Source of the DNA: a virus
DNA length: 64,000 nucleotides
IMG/VR virus record: IMGVR_UViG_3300031608_000001
Span: 2,663-66,662 of that record
Reading direction: 5' to 3' (one strand)
Below the pieces are notes generated by a model, which was not told the origin of the DNA, did not search any database, and was given only the letters and a program-made list of their open reading frames with translations. Made by a program: the position numbers and the translations under genes. The stretch's first letter is position 1, and each line of letters begins with the position of its first letter. Of this stretch, positions 1 through 9,141 are shown in pieces.

Positions 1-206
1 GAAACTTGCTCTACAAAACCAAATTCGATTTTGTAGTATTTCTTTTGATGGTAAGTTCCTCTCTTGTCGCCATGTAACCAAAAAGTATCATCTTTGCCTT
101 GAACAGGAGTCATTACAGCACCTGTTGTAGCCTTAATAAACTTTTTCATATCGTCCGTGTGTTGATACTTTGAAGCAAGGACGGTTGTGTTTCTTTGCGT
201 AATCAC
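1..206 (-). CDS. hypothetical protein, truncated by window edge (not in ORF track)
   Basis: GTG at 206 overlaps upstream stop (TAGTG); open frame VITQRNTTVLASKYQHTDDMKKFIK... runs off the end. Confidence 0.55.
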   Translation of the reverse strand, partial: MITQRNTTVLASKYQHTDDMKKFIKATTGAVMTPVQGKDDTFWLHGDKRGTYHQKKYYKIEFGFVEQV

Positions 207-691
207 TATGCCACCTCTGCTTTAAGTTGAGCATCGTTGTGATCGAACCAACCATTAGCAGTCTTGAACTGACATTTGTAGTCAGAACGATCATTGCCTG
301 GAAGTGGAATCCACTGTTCAGCCTTACCAATAATACCACGTGCCCAAAAGTTATCATCGTCACGCGGAGTATGATTAGTCTGTGCTAACCATCTGTCACC
401 GCCCCAACGGAATTGGATTGGTGTTTCCCAATGCTCACATATTTCGCCTTTGCCGTCACCGTCTTTGCCTAGTTGACGAATTTCAAAATCTAAAATGTAT
501 TCTTGCGAACCACCATTGTTATATTCAATGATGTTGGTTAGACCCGGAATGCCGTCAGCCTCAATCTTAGCAACTTGCTTGTCAGTAAGATCATCAACAA
601 AGTACGTTGTACCGCCCTTGAACTTCCAATGTGGATTCTGTTCATCACCGTAATTTTCTTTGTATTGCGACTGGATAACTAATGTATGCAT
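206..691 (-). CDS. hypothetical early phage protein
   Basis: 161 aa ORF, GTAGGAG RBS and sigma70 promoter upstream. Confidence 0.8.
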   Translation of the reverse strand: MHTLVIQSQYKENYGDEQNPHWKFKGGTTYFVDDLTDKQVAKIEADGIPGLTNIIEYNNGGSQEYILDFEIRQLGKDGDGKGEICEHWETPIQFRWGGDRWLAQTNHTPRDDDNFWARGIIGKAEQWIPLPGNDRSDYKCQFKTANGWFDHNDAQLKAEVA

Positions 692-729
692 AATAAAAAC
701 TCCTACGTCTTTTGTTAAACTATGTGCAT

Positions 730-758
730 ATTATACTAAAAAACCGCCGTGAGGTCAA
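730..758 (-). promoter_or_regulatory. sigma70-like early promoter
   Basis: TTGACC(758-753)-N17-TATAAT(735-730). Confidence 0.85.
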
Positions 759-785
759 CCTTTTTTACCACTTTTTTTGGTATAT

Positions 786-1691
786 TTAACTATTTGATCG
801 CATTATTACATCGTTAACTTTAAGTTTAGATGTATTTTGTAGGAAAACCCCACGATTTTTGCCTTCTGGCATATAACGATAGCTCAGGCTGTCGTGTAAT
901 AACTGTATACCTCTTTCACCGTAATACTTCTTCAAAGGCCATTCTCTCATCATTTCTTCGTATGTATCTGAAGTAGGTTTTGCTAACTCACCTATATACC
1001 GACTAGGACTAGTATCTTCCTTTTGCCAGTCTTTTGAATACCCAAATGTATCAAAATCCCATTTGTAGAAATTATATAATACATCTAGTACTCTATCCCT
1101 ATTATCGCATTGCTCAATAACATTTTGCCACGGAAATCCACTGCTTAACTCATTTCTATGTGGCGTAGGATTTTGCATTGCTACAGGCTTAATGTAGCCA
1201 TAGTGTTCCATAAAGCGATGTCTAGTGTGCTCGTACATTTCTTCCATACGTTCAAAGCACCCAATGTAATCAACTCTTGGTGCTGTAGTATCATCTACTA
1301 GGTAATATATTTGTGGTGTTTTATGCATTGCCCATAAACTTGTTACAGTTACAGGATCTAGGTATGTCAATAGATTTGATACATCTTTAGGCTTACCAAA
1401 GAATCTCCAATTAACCCAATATTCAAACGACATATCTGATGCCGCCAACGGGCCTGCCATGCCCCATCTCCATAGACTAACTTCTCTATCATACGGATTC
1501 CTTACCATTGCCATTTTGTAGTTGGCATCAGGATTATCCATATAATGACAAGCCGTACTAACAGGACTATGGTTATCGAATATCTCTATATCAGTATTTG
1601 TACCATAGTTCTCTAGGAACATTTTAAAGGATTTACCACCGGTACGTGGTATGTGGATAAAGAGTAAATCTTGTTCCGGTAAGTAAAACAT
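786..1691 (-). CDS. sulfotransferase family protein (Sulfotransfer_2-like)
   Basis: FIHIPRTGGKS and VRNPYDREVS PAPS-binding motifs; C-terminal DFDTFGY. Confidence 0.8.
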   Translation of the reverse strand: MFYLPEQDLLFIHIPRTGGKSFKMFLENYGTNTDIEIFDNHSPVSTACHYMDNPDANYKMAMVRNPYDREVSLWRWGMAGPLAASDMSFEYWVNWRFFGKPKDVSNLLTYLDPVTVTSLWAMHKTPQIYYLVDDTTAPRVDYIGCFERMEEMYEHTRHRFMEHYGYIKPVAMQNPTPHRNELSSGFPWQNVIEQCDNRDRVLDVLYNFYKWDFDTFGYSKDWQKEDTSPSRYIGELAKPTSDTYEEMMREWPLKKYYGERGIQLLHDSLSYRYMPEGKNRGVFLQNTSKLKVNDVIMRSNS

Positions 1692-2011
1692 TATTTTAAG
1701 TTTGCGTTCTTAAAAAGTTCGTCAGTTCCAGCAGTAACAACTGCCTCGACTTTTGCTAAGTTAAGATAGATCTCAACTTTTTCAGTGTGCTTATTCCATA
1801 GCCTTGATAAATCAGAGGCGTGGTTAGGATCAAGCGGTATAGCACCTTCTATATCAGAACCCATTAGCTCAGACTCATTACCGCGTTCATCGGTAATAAT
1901 TAACTTGTCACAGTATTGACTTGGTATCGATGATGGAAATACTTCTTTAAGCATTTTATCAAAGTTACTTAGTTTGGAGTTATGGGTGAGAATTATTTTT
2001 CTCAGTGCCAT
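1691..2011 (-). CDS. hypothetical protein
   Basis: 106 aa ORF packed in operon. Confidence 0.7.
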   Translation of the reverse strand: MALRKIILTHNSKLSNFDKMLKEVFPSSIPSQYCDKLIITDERGNESELMGSDIEGAIPLDPNHASDLSRLWNKHTEKVEIYLNLAKVEAVVTAGTDELFKNANLK

Positions 2012-2015
2012 AACT

Positions 2016-2657
2016 CTACTTCTTCTTAACTGCTGAGTTTTTTGGTCTGCCTGGCTTAGGTGCTGGTTTTAACTCCGGCGCTCTTGCGTAGGCTTCTTCT
2101 CTTTTGCTATGTGCGTCAGCTCTCATCTGATTTTGGACACTATCAATATCTGATTCAATAAGGTCTGCTTGTCTTAGCAGTTGTTGAGCGATTTCTAACT
2201 GCTCTTCAGCCTCTCTTCCAGATAGTTGTTTTGGTCTTTCGATCTGATTAACAGCATCCATTACAGATGTATCAGCAAGAGTTGGTTTGTCCATCTCTTG
2301 ACCTTTCTGAATGTCACCGATAGCACTATTAAGATCACCTAAAGGTATTCTGTCTTTAGTGGTTGGTAGCATAACTACTTCACTGACAGGTACTTTAGTG
2401 ATTAATTTGTCTTCGTGTAACGCTTTTAGCATAATTCTACCATCACTAAAGTTTCTACCGTTTAGTACATTGGCTAAATCATTATTATTCTGTGCTTCTA
2501 GGCTTTCGACCTCTCTGACTAGTTCATCATGTTGAGTAATTCCTAGTTCACCTGACATCACAACTAATGCGTTTTCAGGCTCCCCAGGAACTTCTCTAAA
2601 TAAAACTAGACATTTACGATCGCGCCATTCGGCAACATGCTTCATTATGTCTGGCAT
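2016..2657 (-). CDS. hypothetical phage protein, coiled-coil/basic C-terminus
   Basis: 213 aa ORF in operon. Confidence 0.75.
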   Translation of the reverse strand: MPDIMKHVAEWRDRKCLVLFREVPGEPENALVVMSGELGITQHDELVREVESLEAQNNNDLANVLNGRNFSDGRIMLKALHEDKLITKVPVSEVVMLPTTKDRIPLGDLNSAIGDIQKGQEMDKPTLADTSVMDAVNQIERPKQLSGREAEEQLEIAQQLLRQADLIESDIDSVQNQMRADAHSKREEAYARAPELKPAPKPGRPKNSAVKKK

Positions 2658-2658
2658 A

Positions 2659-2976
2659 TTATTCCTCTACTGGTGCTTCTTCTTCTGCCGGTGCTTCACC
2701 TTCAACCGGTTGCTGAGCCTGTGCTACGGCACCCAAGAACATGGAAAGTTTATCATAAACTGCTCCAACTTGTGATGCTTCGTTGCCTTTAAAGGCTCCT
2801 CTTTGAACTGCTAAGTCTACAATCTGCATAAGCATAGAAAGTTCTTCCAGGCTAAGTGCCGGATCGGCTTGTTGCTCTTGCTCCGGTGCTTCACCTTCAG
2901 GCATTTCGCCTACGGTGTTACCTTCGTCCGGTGCGACTGTTTCTTCTACAATCTCTGTGTTTTCGTTGTCTGCCAT
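2659..2976 (-). CDS. acidic hypothetical protein (probable start MADNEN)
   Basis: GGAGG RBS before ATG 2976; core IVDLAVQRGAFKG; late-type box at 3013-3019. Confidence 0.7.
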   Translation of the reverse strand: MADNENTEIVEETVAPDEGNTVGEMPEGEAPEQEQQADPALSLEELSMLMQIVDLAVQRGAFKGNEASQVGAVYDKLSMFLGAVAQAQQPVEGEAPAEEEAPVEE

Positions 2977-3031
2977 TTTTTCCTCCAAATGGATAAATTT
3001 GTATTACAATAGTATTTATTAACTGGTGCTT

Positions 3032-3802
3032 TTATGTGAACGATAAAAAGGTGTCAATTGCAAGTTGGTCGTAAACATTAAAGGTTAACTTGGCTCCACT
3101 AAGGGTTCCACCTTTGCCGCTACCAGTATCCATAAAGATAACACGCTCTTCATTCTTAGTGTAGTACACCAAAGGCATCTTTAAGTTGTTTACAAAATCA
3201 GGCGCCGGTTTCAATGGCGAACGATCGTGTCCAACAAACACAATATGTCCTTTTGGTATTGCTTCAGCCCAATCATACACTCTATGAGCGTACGGCTGAC
3301 CTTGCCACATTACAGTATTCGTGTTATCAACCTGTCCGTATAAGAATACGTTTTCAATTGACTTCTTCGTGATCTTCTTCTCTGCCCAAAACTCAGGATG
3401 AAACCCGCCGTGAGTAAAAAAGAAGTTTTTAAACCATGCAAAATGAGGCATCCTAGGACCAACTTCTAACATAAGGTCCCTAAAAAGATCAATACCAAAG
3501 TCTACCCTTGCTAATGTATCTCTCTGTGCTTTGCCTAATTTAACATCATTGCCCTTTGCCCAACGATACATTTTGTTATCGTGGTTTCCTTGGATAATCA
3601 TGCCATGGCCGCTATCTAATATTTCTTTAGCAAGTAAAAGACTCTCTAAAGGTTTAGGACCATAATCAATGATGTCACCAAGTTGTAGGTAATATAGGTT
3701 ATTTTTACGAGCATAAGAGTAAGACGTCGCAAAGTCAGAGAATACAGAATGTACATCTCCTACTACGAGCAAACCTTTATAATTTTCTAATGGTAATTCC
3801 AC
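3032..3802 (-). CDS. calcineurin-like metallophosphoesterase (PPP/ApaH/PNKP-like)
   Basis: GDVH, GDIIDYGP, GNHD, THGG, GH and DTG motifs. Confidence 0.85.
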   Translation of the reverse strand: MELPLENYKGLLVVGDVHSVFSDFATSYSYARKNNLYYLQLGDIIDYGPKPLESLLLAKEILDSGHGMIIQGNHDNKMYRWAKGNDVKLGKAQRDTLARVDFGIDLFRDLMLEVGPRMPHFAWFKNFFFTHGGFHPEFWAEKKITKKSIENVFLYGQVDNTNTVMWQGQPYAHRVYDWAEAIPKGHIVFVGHDRSPLKPAPDFVNNLKMPLVYYTKNEERVIFMDTGSGKGGTLSGAKLTFNVYDQLAIDTFLSFT

Positions 3803-3832
3803 AACTTATACTCCTAACTAACCTATGTTGCA

Positions 3833-3861
3833 ATTATACTAAAATTGCTCTCATAAGTCAA
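3833..3861 (-). promoter_or_regulatory. sigma70-like early promoter
   Basis: TTGACT-N17-TATAAT. Confidence 0.8.
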
Positions 3862-3867
3862 GCGATA

Positions 3868-4941
3868 TTAACGCCAATAACTTTCTAATTTACCCTCTCT
3901 AACCAGGTCAGTACTCACACAATGTGGGCCTCCTGCTAGGGTTCTCATATGCCTCATTTGAACAGGCACTGGTGTGATTCCATGCTTTTCCATGGCTTTC
4001 ATCAATGGTACTTCTTCACTTGGTACTAATACATGTTGGGGATCAACACTTAATACATTCATACCAATCCAACTACTTGCTGGAGCATAGTCTTCTAAAC
4101 AAGGCTGACCAACACACATTTCTTCTGTGTACCAAATCTTATCCCAATTTTTGTATATCTCGGGTACTTTATCCTTATCGACTCTACTACCATTAAGAAT
4201 AACTAGACCAGGCCTAAGTGGCATAATGGTACTGTCAACATGAGCCCAACTGTATAGGTCCTTCATTTGGTGTACCCTAAAGTCGGGGCCTAGAGCGTTC
4301 TGTAACCACTTAGCACCCATCTCATTACCGGTGTTGGATATAAGATACAGTATGTCGTAACCCATGCGTATAAGGTTAGCAGGGTCTAGTATAGGTTCGT
4401 TATTGTTTACACTTGGGTCTCTGCCTGGTTGTATTTTAAATAAGTCATCTTGTAACATAGGCTTAGGCATCTGTAACCAATTAGCACCTTCCATCATCTT
4501 ATCCATAAAGAGGTCTCGGAATAAAAAGGTTTCATGGTACCTTGCTCTCAAACTCATAGCACCTTCGATGATCTTGTCACCTATTACAGTAACACTATCA
4601 CGTGGGCAGTATGCTTCGTATTGATCGGACTTCCAATGCCCGTTGCTAACGTCTGCTGTAAAGTCCACAGCATCAAGATTAGGTCTATGTACCTTAACAC
4701 CGAAATCGTTGCTTAGAACGTTGCACATTGCGTCTAAGTCCTCTTCTGCTTCGTGGTATACATGCTCTGGGTAACTACCCTTTGGCATCTTGGCATACTC
4801 TTCAGGACTTAAATTGGCATAGTTGGTAGCATGGTGAGAAAGGTCTCCATGCGGTATATTGGCACCTGTGGCAGTACCAATTATTACTTCTTTAAGTGGG
4901 TCCCATTCATTACAGGACCAAAGATCTTTATTCTGTGTCAT
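3868..4941 (-). CDS. amidinotransferase (glycine/inosamine-phosphate amidinotransferase family)
   Basis: NEWDPLKEVIIG, CPRD, HVDST and GGPHC (catalytic His and Cys) motifs. Confidence 0.88.
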   Translation of the reverse strand: MTQNKDLWSCNEWDPLKEVIIGTATGANIPHGDLSHHATNYANLSPEEYAKMPKGSYPEHVYHEAEEDLDAMCNVLSNDFGVKVHRPNLDAVDFTADVSNGHWKSDQYEAYCPRDSVTVIGDKIIEGAMSLRARYHETFLFRDLFMDKMMEGANWLQMPKPMLQDDLFKIQPGRDPSVNNNEPILDPANLIRMGYDILYLISNTGNEMGAKWLQNALGPDFRVHQMKDLYSWAHVDSTIMPLRPGLVILNGSRVDKDKVPEIYKNWDKIWYTEEMCVGQPCLEDYAPASSWIGMNVLSVDPQHVLVPSEEVPLMKAMEKHGITPVPVQMRHMRTLAGGPHCVSTDLVREGKLESYWR

Positions 4942-5260
4942 GTGTAGTATTTACTACAATTGACTCAATATGTGGTGCTAGTCCGGTTTCTTTGCCGGTT
5001 GCTTGGAATAGTTGCACGAAGGCATTACAGTCGCCTGTATTTTCAAAATAGATACGCCAAATATTGTCGCTACCTATCGTGGTCATATGGAATACGCCTT
5101 GAGCATTTACATCAAAGTGATCAAGTAATTCCCAAAGGGTATCATCGTCTTTGGCTGACTGAAACACTTCAAGTTTATTTTGTAACATACTTTCATAGGT
5201 AGGAGTACCAATTAAACCTTGGTACTCTATCCCTGTAAGTTTTTTACTTCTTTTAATCAT
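4928..5260 (-). CDS. hypothetical protein
   Basis: 110 aa ORF; WRIYFENxxDxxxF motif. Confidence 0.7.
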   Translation of the reverse strand: MIKRSKKLTGIEYQGLIGTPTYESMLQNKLEVFQSAKDDDTLWELLDHFDVNAQGVFHMTTIGSDNIWRIYFENTGDCNAFVQLFQATGKETGLAPHIESIVVNTTHDTE

Positions 5261-6483
5261 TATGCCTTGTACTTAACTGTTACGCCATATGGTGCTACTG
5301 GAGTTCTTCCACCGTAGCCTGCGCCGTGTACAATAAACAATGTATCGCAGTAATCTTCGTCACCCCAACTACCCCATGGGTAGCCATCTGTGAATACAAT
5401 TAGTTTCTGTGGTACAATGTCTTCTTCTTTAAGACGCTCAAACATACAATCAAACTCAGTACCGCCACCACCTTCGATTTGAATGTCGTGTATTTCATCA
5501 ACGTTACTAGCATCAAATTCGTGTATAGTGTAAGTGTCTGTATCAAAGAAACAAAGTCTTAATACAAAGTTTGTGTACTGCTCCATGATACCTTTTACTT
5601 CACTACAAAGATCTCTAAGCATATCGTCGCCCATAGAACCGGAACTATCAATAAAGCAAAATACATCTAAGTCTGTGTCGTAATCCATACCAGGAAGATA
5701 AACTTGTTCAGCAATACCTTTTCTAGCAGGTCTCATAAAAGTGTAATCGTTCTTAACAACACTTTGAATGTTCGTAGCAAGAAGGTCTCTCCAATCCAAC
5801 TCAGGATTAGTAAGTTCTTGTATCATCTTTCTAACGCCTCTTGGTACATCTTTATTACTAGCACCTTTAGACGCATTCATGATTGCTTCTTTCATCTCCT
5901 CGCGGATTTGGTTTCTTTCTTCCTCGGAGTATTCTGGTGGTCCATCTTCGCCGTCTTGTCCTGGAGCATTAGCTCTTGGACCAGTACCGTCACCATCTTC
6001 GTCACCGTCAAAGTCTAAATGCATGTCTAATGTTTCTTGGTTCTGATCACCGTTCTCAAACAAGTCATCGTATACTTCATCGGAAATCCAGTTCTGATAT
6101 TTGTAATCAAAACAGATATTAACTTTGGTAATCTTCTTACCAATGTTGTTTTCAACTAAGTCCATGTTCACAACATAGTCATTTGCTATGTTCCATAAAC
6201 GAGGTTCTCTGTTGCCTCTACGATCCATATGATCATAAACACAATGTAATACCTCATGCCCCATTAGGAAGATAAGTTCATCATCATCCAATGTGTTAAT
6301 AAATTCTGTATTATAAAAGAAATGTCTGCCATCTGTTGCGGCAGTCGGGCACCAACTAGATGCCTCTTGTAACTCTAACCTAGTAGCCAGGTTACCAAAG
6401 AAGCCATTATTCAAAAGTAATTGTACCCTTGCGGTAATCAATCTATCTTTTGTTTCTTCTGCTGTAAATGTTGCTATATTCAT
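5260..6483 (-). CDS. metallopeptidase-like (HExxH) plus VWA-like domain protein (DUF2201 type)
   Basis: TAATDG, HEVLH, acidic linker, MIDAS-like DSSGSM, GGGTEF, FTDG. Confidence 0.88.
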   Translation of the reverse strand: MNIATFTAEETKDRLITARVQLLLNNGFFGNLATRLELQEASSWCPTAATDGRHFFYNTEFINTLDDDELIFLMGHEVLHCVYDHMDRRGNREPRLWNIANDYVVNMDLVENNIGKKITKVNICFDYKYQNWISDEVYDDLFENGDQNQETLDMHLDFDGDEDGDGTGPRANAPGQDGEDGPPEYSEEERNQIREEMKEAIMNASKGASNKDVPRGVRKMIQELTNPELDWRDLLATNIQSVVKNDYTFMRPARKGIAEQVYLPGMDYDTDLDVFCFIDSSGSMGDDMLRDLCSEVKGIMEQYTNFVLRLCFFDTDTYTIHEFDASNVDEIHDIQIEGGGGTEFDCMFERLKEEDIVPQKLIVFTDGYPWGSWGDEDYCDTLFIVHGAGYGGRTPVAPYGVTVKYKA

Positions 6484-6512
6484 ATTGAAGTTCTCCTACA
6501 AACTATACTTAT

Positions 6513-6541
6513 ATTATACTAAAAAAACTGGGTAAGGTCAA
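6513..6541 (-). promoter_or_regulatory. sigma70-like early promoter
   Basis: TTGACC-N17-TATAAT; RBS TTGTAGGAG. Confidence 0.85.
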
Positions 6542-6554
6542 CCTACTTTTACTT

Positions 6555-6590
6555 AAAAAGGATGGGGGGACCGTTAAGATCCCCCCTATA
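6555..6590 (-). terminator. intrinsic terminator after MoxR gene
   Basis: GGGGGGATC-TTAAC-GGTCCCCCC then ATCC-TTTTT on minus strand. Confidence 0.7.
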
Positions 6591-6644
6591 GTCTGCGTCG
6601 CGTCGTTGTAGGTTGTAGGAGTAACTGGCGACACAGGAACTAAC
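6555..6644 (-). ncRNA. candidate 3'-UTR small RNA with anti-RBS loop
   Basis: stem CUGUGUCGC/GCGACGCAG (one G.U pair) enclosing ACUCCUACAACCUAC, followed by terminator; expression is inferred. Confidence 0.45.
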
Positions 6645-7724
6645 TTATGAGCCGATGTTCATATACTTGCCGTATCTTTCAACCCACTCGTCGATACGAT
6701 CTACATCAGCAAAATCTACGTCTATCTCGTACTCGCTAAGAGCAATCTTACATCCGAGTACGCACATTTCTGGTTCGAAATTGTCCATTAAGAAGTTAAT
6801 AAAGTTATTGAACGAAGTTGTAAGTGCCTTCTCGTCCTCTGACTCTTGAATGTTTTTCAACTCATAGCTCATACCTACTGTAAGAGCATACTTGGAAGAT
6901 ATTTCAAGTTTCTTAAGTTCTGTAACCTTACCTGAAAGTATTTCAGAAGGGTTAGGAAGTTTAGAAGCATTCTTCTTATGATTCATAAATTTGATTGCCA
7001 TACCTTCACCAACCAAACCTGTTACAATGTCCATCTCCTCATCATGAGTCATGTCACTGTCTTCAAGCATCTGGCTAACAAAAGCCCAACTTCTTGGAGT
7101 AGCAAAACTTCTGCTTGAACTCTTAGGATCAAAGTCAAAAAGGTCTTGTTTAGCAAAAGCCAAGTAACCAACAACATCAGCAAGGATGTTATTTTCAATA
7201 GCCCATGTCTGCCATACACCGTGGTTAACTTCTACTTCTAAGTGAAGGAACCTGTTAGCAAGTGGACTAGGCATTCTGTAAGTAACACCTTTATCAGTGT
7301 CTCTGTTACCAGCCGCCGCAAGTACTACATTATCAGGTAGTACATAGTTACCAACACGTCTGTTAAGGATCAACTGATAAGCAGTTGCCTGTACACTTGG
7401 AGGTGCTGAGTTTAATTCGTCTAAGAACAAGTAGACAGTTTCATACTGACTAGCAAGTTCTTCTGAAGGTAGTTCGGCAGGTGCCGCCCACTTCATTTTG
7501 TTATCTGTTTCGTCCCTGTACGGATATCCTTTGATATCAGTTGGATCTAATAAAGCCATTCTCAAGTCGATTAAAAGGTTGTTACCTTCTTCGGCTATCT
7601 GAGCTAGGATGTCGGATTTACCAACTCCTGGAGGTCCCCATATAAATACAGGACGCTTCTTAGCGAAGGCTCTCTTGATATGCTTCTTAGCACGATCGAG
7701 TTTAATTTTTCTTACATTTTCCAT
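6645..7724 (-). CDS. MoxR-type AAA+ ATPase
   Basis: Walker A GPPGVGKS, Walker B LFLDELN, AAGN, PLANRF, TPRSW; adjacent VWA partner. Confidence 0.9.
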   Translation of the reverse strand: MENVRKIKLDRAKKHIKRAFAKKRPVFIWGPPGVGKSDILAQIAEEGNNLLIDLRMALLDPTDIKGYPYRDETDNKMKWAAPAELPSEELASQYETVYLFLDELNSAPPSVQATAYQLILNRRVGNYVLPDNVVLAAAGNRDTDKGVTYRMPSPLANRFLHLEVEVNHGVWQTWAIENNILADVVGYLAFAKQDLFDFDPKSSSRSFATPRSWAFVSQMLEDSDMTHDEEMDIVTGLVGEGMAIKFMNHKKNASKLPNPSEILSGKVTELKKLEISSKYALTVGMSYELKNIQESEDEKALTTSFNNFINFLMDNFEPEMCVLGCKIALSEYEIDVDFADVDRIDEWVERYGKYMNIGS

Positions 7725-7761
7725 ATTTTATTGCTCCTACACAATTATTTAATATACAACT

Positions 7762-7790
7762 ATTATACTAAATTGTTGGGTTAAGGTCAA
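7762..7790 (-). promoter_or_regulatory. sigma70-like early promoter
   Basis: TTGACC-N17-TATAAT; RBS GTGTAGGAG. Confidence 0.85.
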
Positions 7791-8007
7791 CCTCTTTTTG
7801 AATCTTTTCTAATTCTTTTATTAAAGAGGGATTTGCGTCAATGTTCTTTTGTTCAACAAAAGTCATCTCAACTAGGTAACCCAACGACTGTAACTCTTCT
7901 AACCTTTGATGTACATCGGTATCAGTGTAATGCGTAGGATCAACAACCCAATCATGGTTGCCTGCCCTAGCACTAAACTTATCTAGATAACGAAGTAAAA
8001 ATATCAT
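7768..8007 (-). CDS. hypothetical protein
   Basis: 79 aa, TAATG coupling to upstream gene. Confidence 0.65.
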   Translation of the reverse strand: MIFLLRYLDKFSARAGNHDWVVDPTHYTDTDVHQRLEELQSLGYLVEMTFVEQKNIDANPSLIKELEKIQKEVDLNPTI

Positions 8008-8483
8008 TATGCTACCAATTCTGCTTCGATAACTAATGATGTGATATCAACAAACCCAAACCCGTCAACTATGTGGAATGACCCACTAACTTTGTCTTCG
8101 ACAATGTCACCAACTGATAGTGAATGCATATTTCTAAGTTCAGTTACTTTTTTAGTCTTCTTGTTTAAGTAAGTCCTCATAGTAAAACCACTAACGAAAG
8201 CATCAAACGTTTCGTCTGTGTCAGTGTCTTCGTTGTAGTAGTAACCATTTAGGATTTTGAATACTTCTTCTAACTTATTACCTTCAGTAACAAACTCTGC
8301 TACCTGGCATACGTTAGTGTAATGTTGAAACATATCAGCAGTAAAGCCTTTGGCGCCTTTGCCTGTTTCTAAACGAGCATTGTACTCTGGGTACTTATTT
8401 GCTGTATTTGTGTGGCCGCCATCTGGACCATTGACAAAGTCATAAACTTCTTCACTAACTTTGATTTGGTGTATATTGTACAT
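8007..8483 (-). CDS. YodL-like domain protein
   Basis: MHSLSVGDIV and VDGFGF resemble the YodL signature. Confidence 0.6.
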   Translation of the reverse strand: MYNIHQIKVSEEVYDFVNGPDGGHTNTANKYPEYNARLETGKGAKGFTADMFQHYTNVCQVAEFVTEGNKLEEVFKILNGYYYNEDTDTDETFDAFVSGFTMRTYLNKKTKKVTELRNMHSLSVGDIVEDKVSGSFHIVDGFGFVDITSLVIEAELVA

Positions 8484-8518
8484 AAAAACTCCTACGTTTT
8501 TGTTTAACCTATGTGTAT

Positions 8519-8547
8519 ATTATAGCAAAATACAGGGTCAAGGTCAA
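8519..8547 (-). promoter_or_regulatory. sigma70-like early promoter
   Basis: TTGACC-N17-TATAAT; RBS CGTAGGAGT. Confidence 0.85.
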
Positions 8548-8550
8548 CCT

Positions 8551-9141
8551 TTACCAGACGTTTCTTTGATTTATTTCGCCTGCTAAGTTGTTGAATTGAT
8601 TAGTAAAAGCAGAATATACTGTAACTCTTGTTAAATGCGAGGTATGTACTTCCATGCTATGTAGCAGTTGACCCGGAAAGATTACTAAATCGTTGTATTT
8701 GTTAGGTATATTAACGTCCTGCTCTTCACCAAGTACCAAGGAACCACCTTCTGTGTAGTCCCAATGTGGATTACCAAACCATAATGCTATAGTGTAGAAC
8801 TCGCTATCAGCAAGTTCATATCTATCCTTATGTGGTTTAAATGTTTGGTTAGATCTAATCGCATTTATGTACGATTTTTGATATGAGCTTTTCTTACAGT
8901 CAGGAGATATAACTTTGGCATGTTCGATTATATCGCTAACAGGAAAAATATTAATATAGTCTACTAAGTTTAAACCTGATGTAAAGTAATGCATATCAGT
9001 ATCCTGACGTCCACCACCACAGTTAAAGAATGGAACAGTAGTATAGTAATCTTCCCATTTGCGTAGGACAACGTCCGAGAACGCATCAGGTATGTGTACT
9101 ACTTGTAAGTCATCGATTGTGTAGGTCTTCATTTGAACCAA
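8551..9141 (-). CDS. 2OG-Fe(II) oxygenase
   Basis: HKD...H...R triad; GGSL and VIFPGQLLH. Confidence 0.8.
   Translation of the reverse strand: MVQMKTYTIDDLQVVHIPDAFSDVVLRKWEDYYTTVPFFNCGGGRQDTDMHYFTSGLNLVDYINIFPVSDIIEHAKVISPDCKKSSYQKSYINAIRSNQTFKPHKDRYELADSEFYTIALWFGNPHWDYTEGGSLVLGEEQDVNIPNKYNDLVIFPGQLLHSMEVHTSHLTRVTVYSAFTNQFNNLAGEINQRNVW

Noticed and set aside
133-363. 76-aa ORF overlapping 206-691
   Set aside because: Out-of-frame overlap; the frame starting at GTG 206 fits the gene packing better.
5199-5207. Extra ACTCCTAC (anti-RBS) match inside a gene
   Set aside because: Explained by Thr-Pro-Thr codons; no flanking stem noticed.
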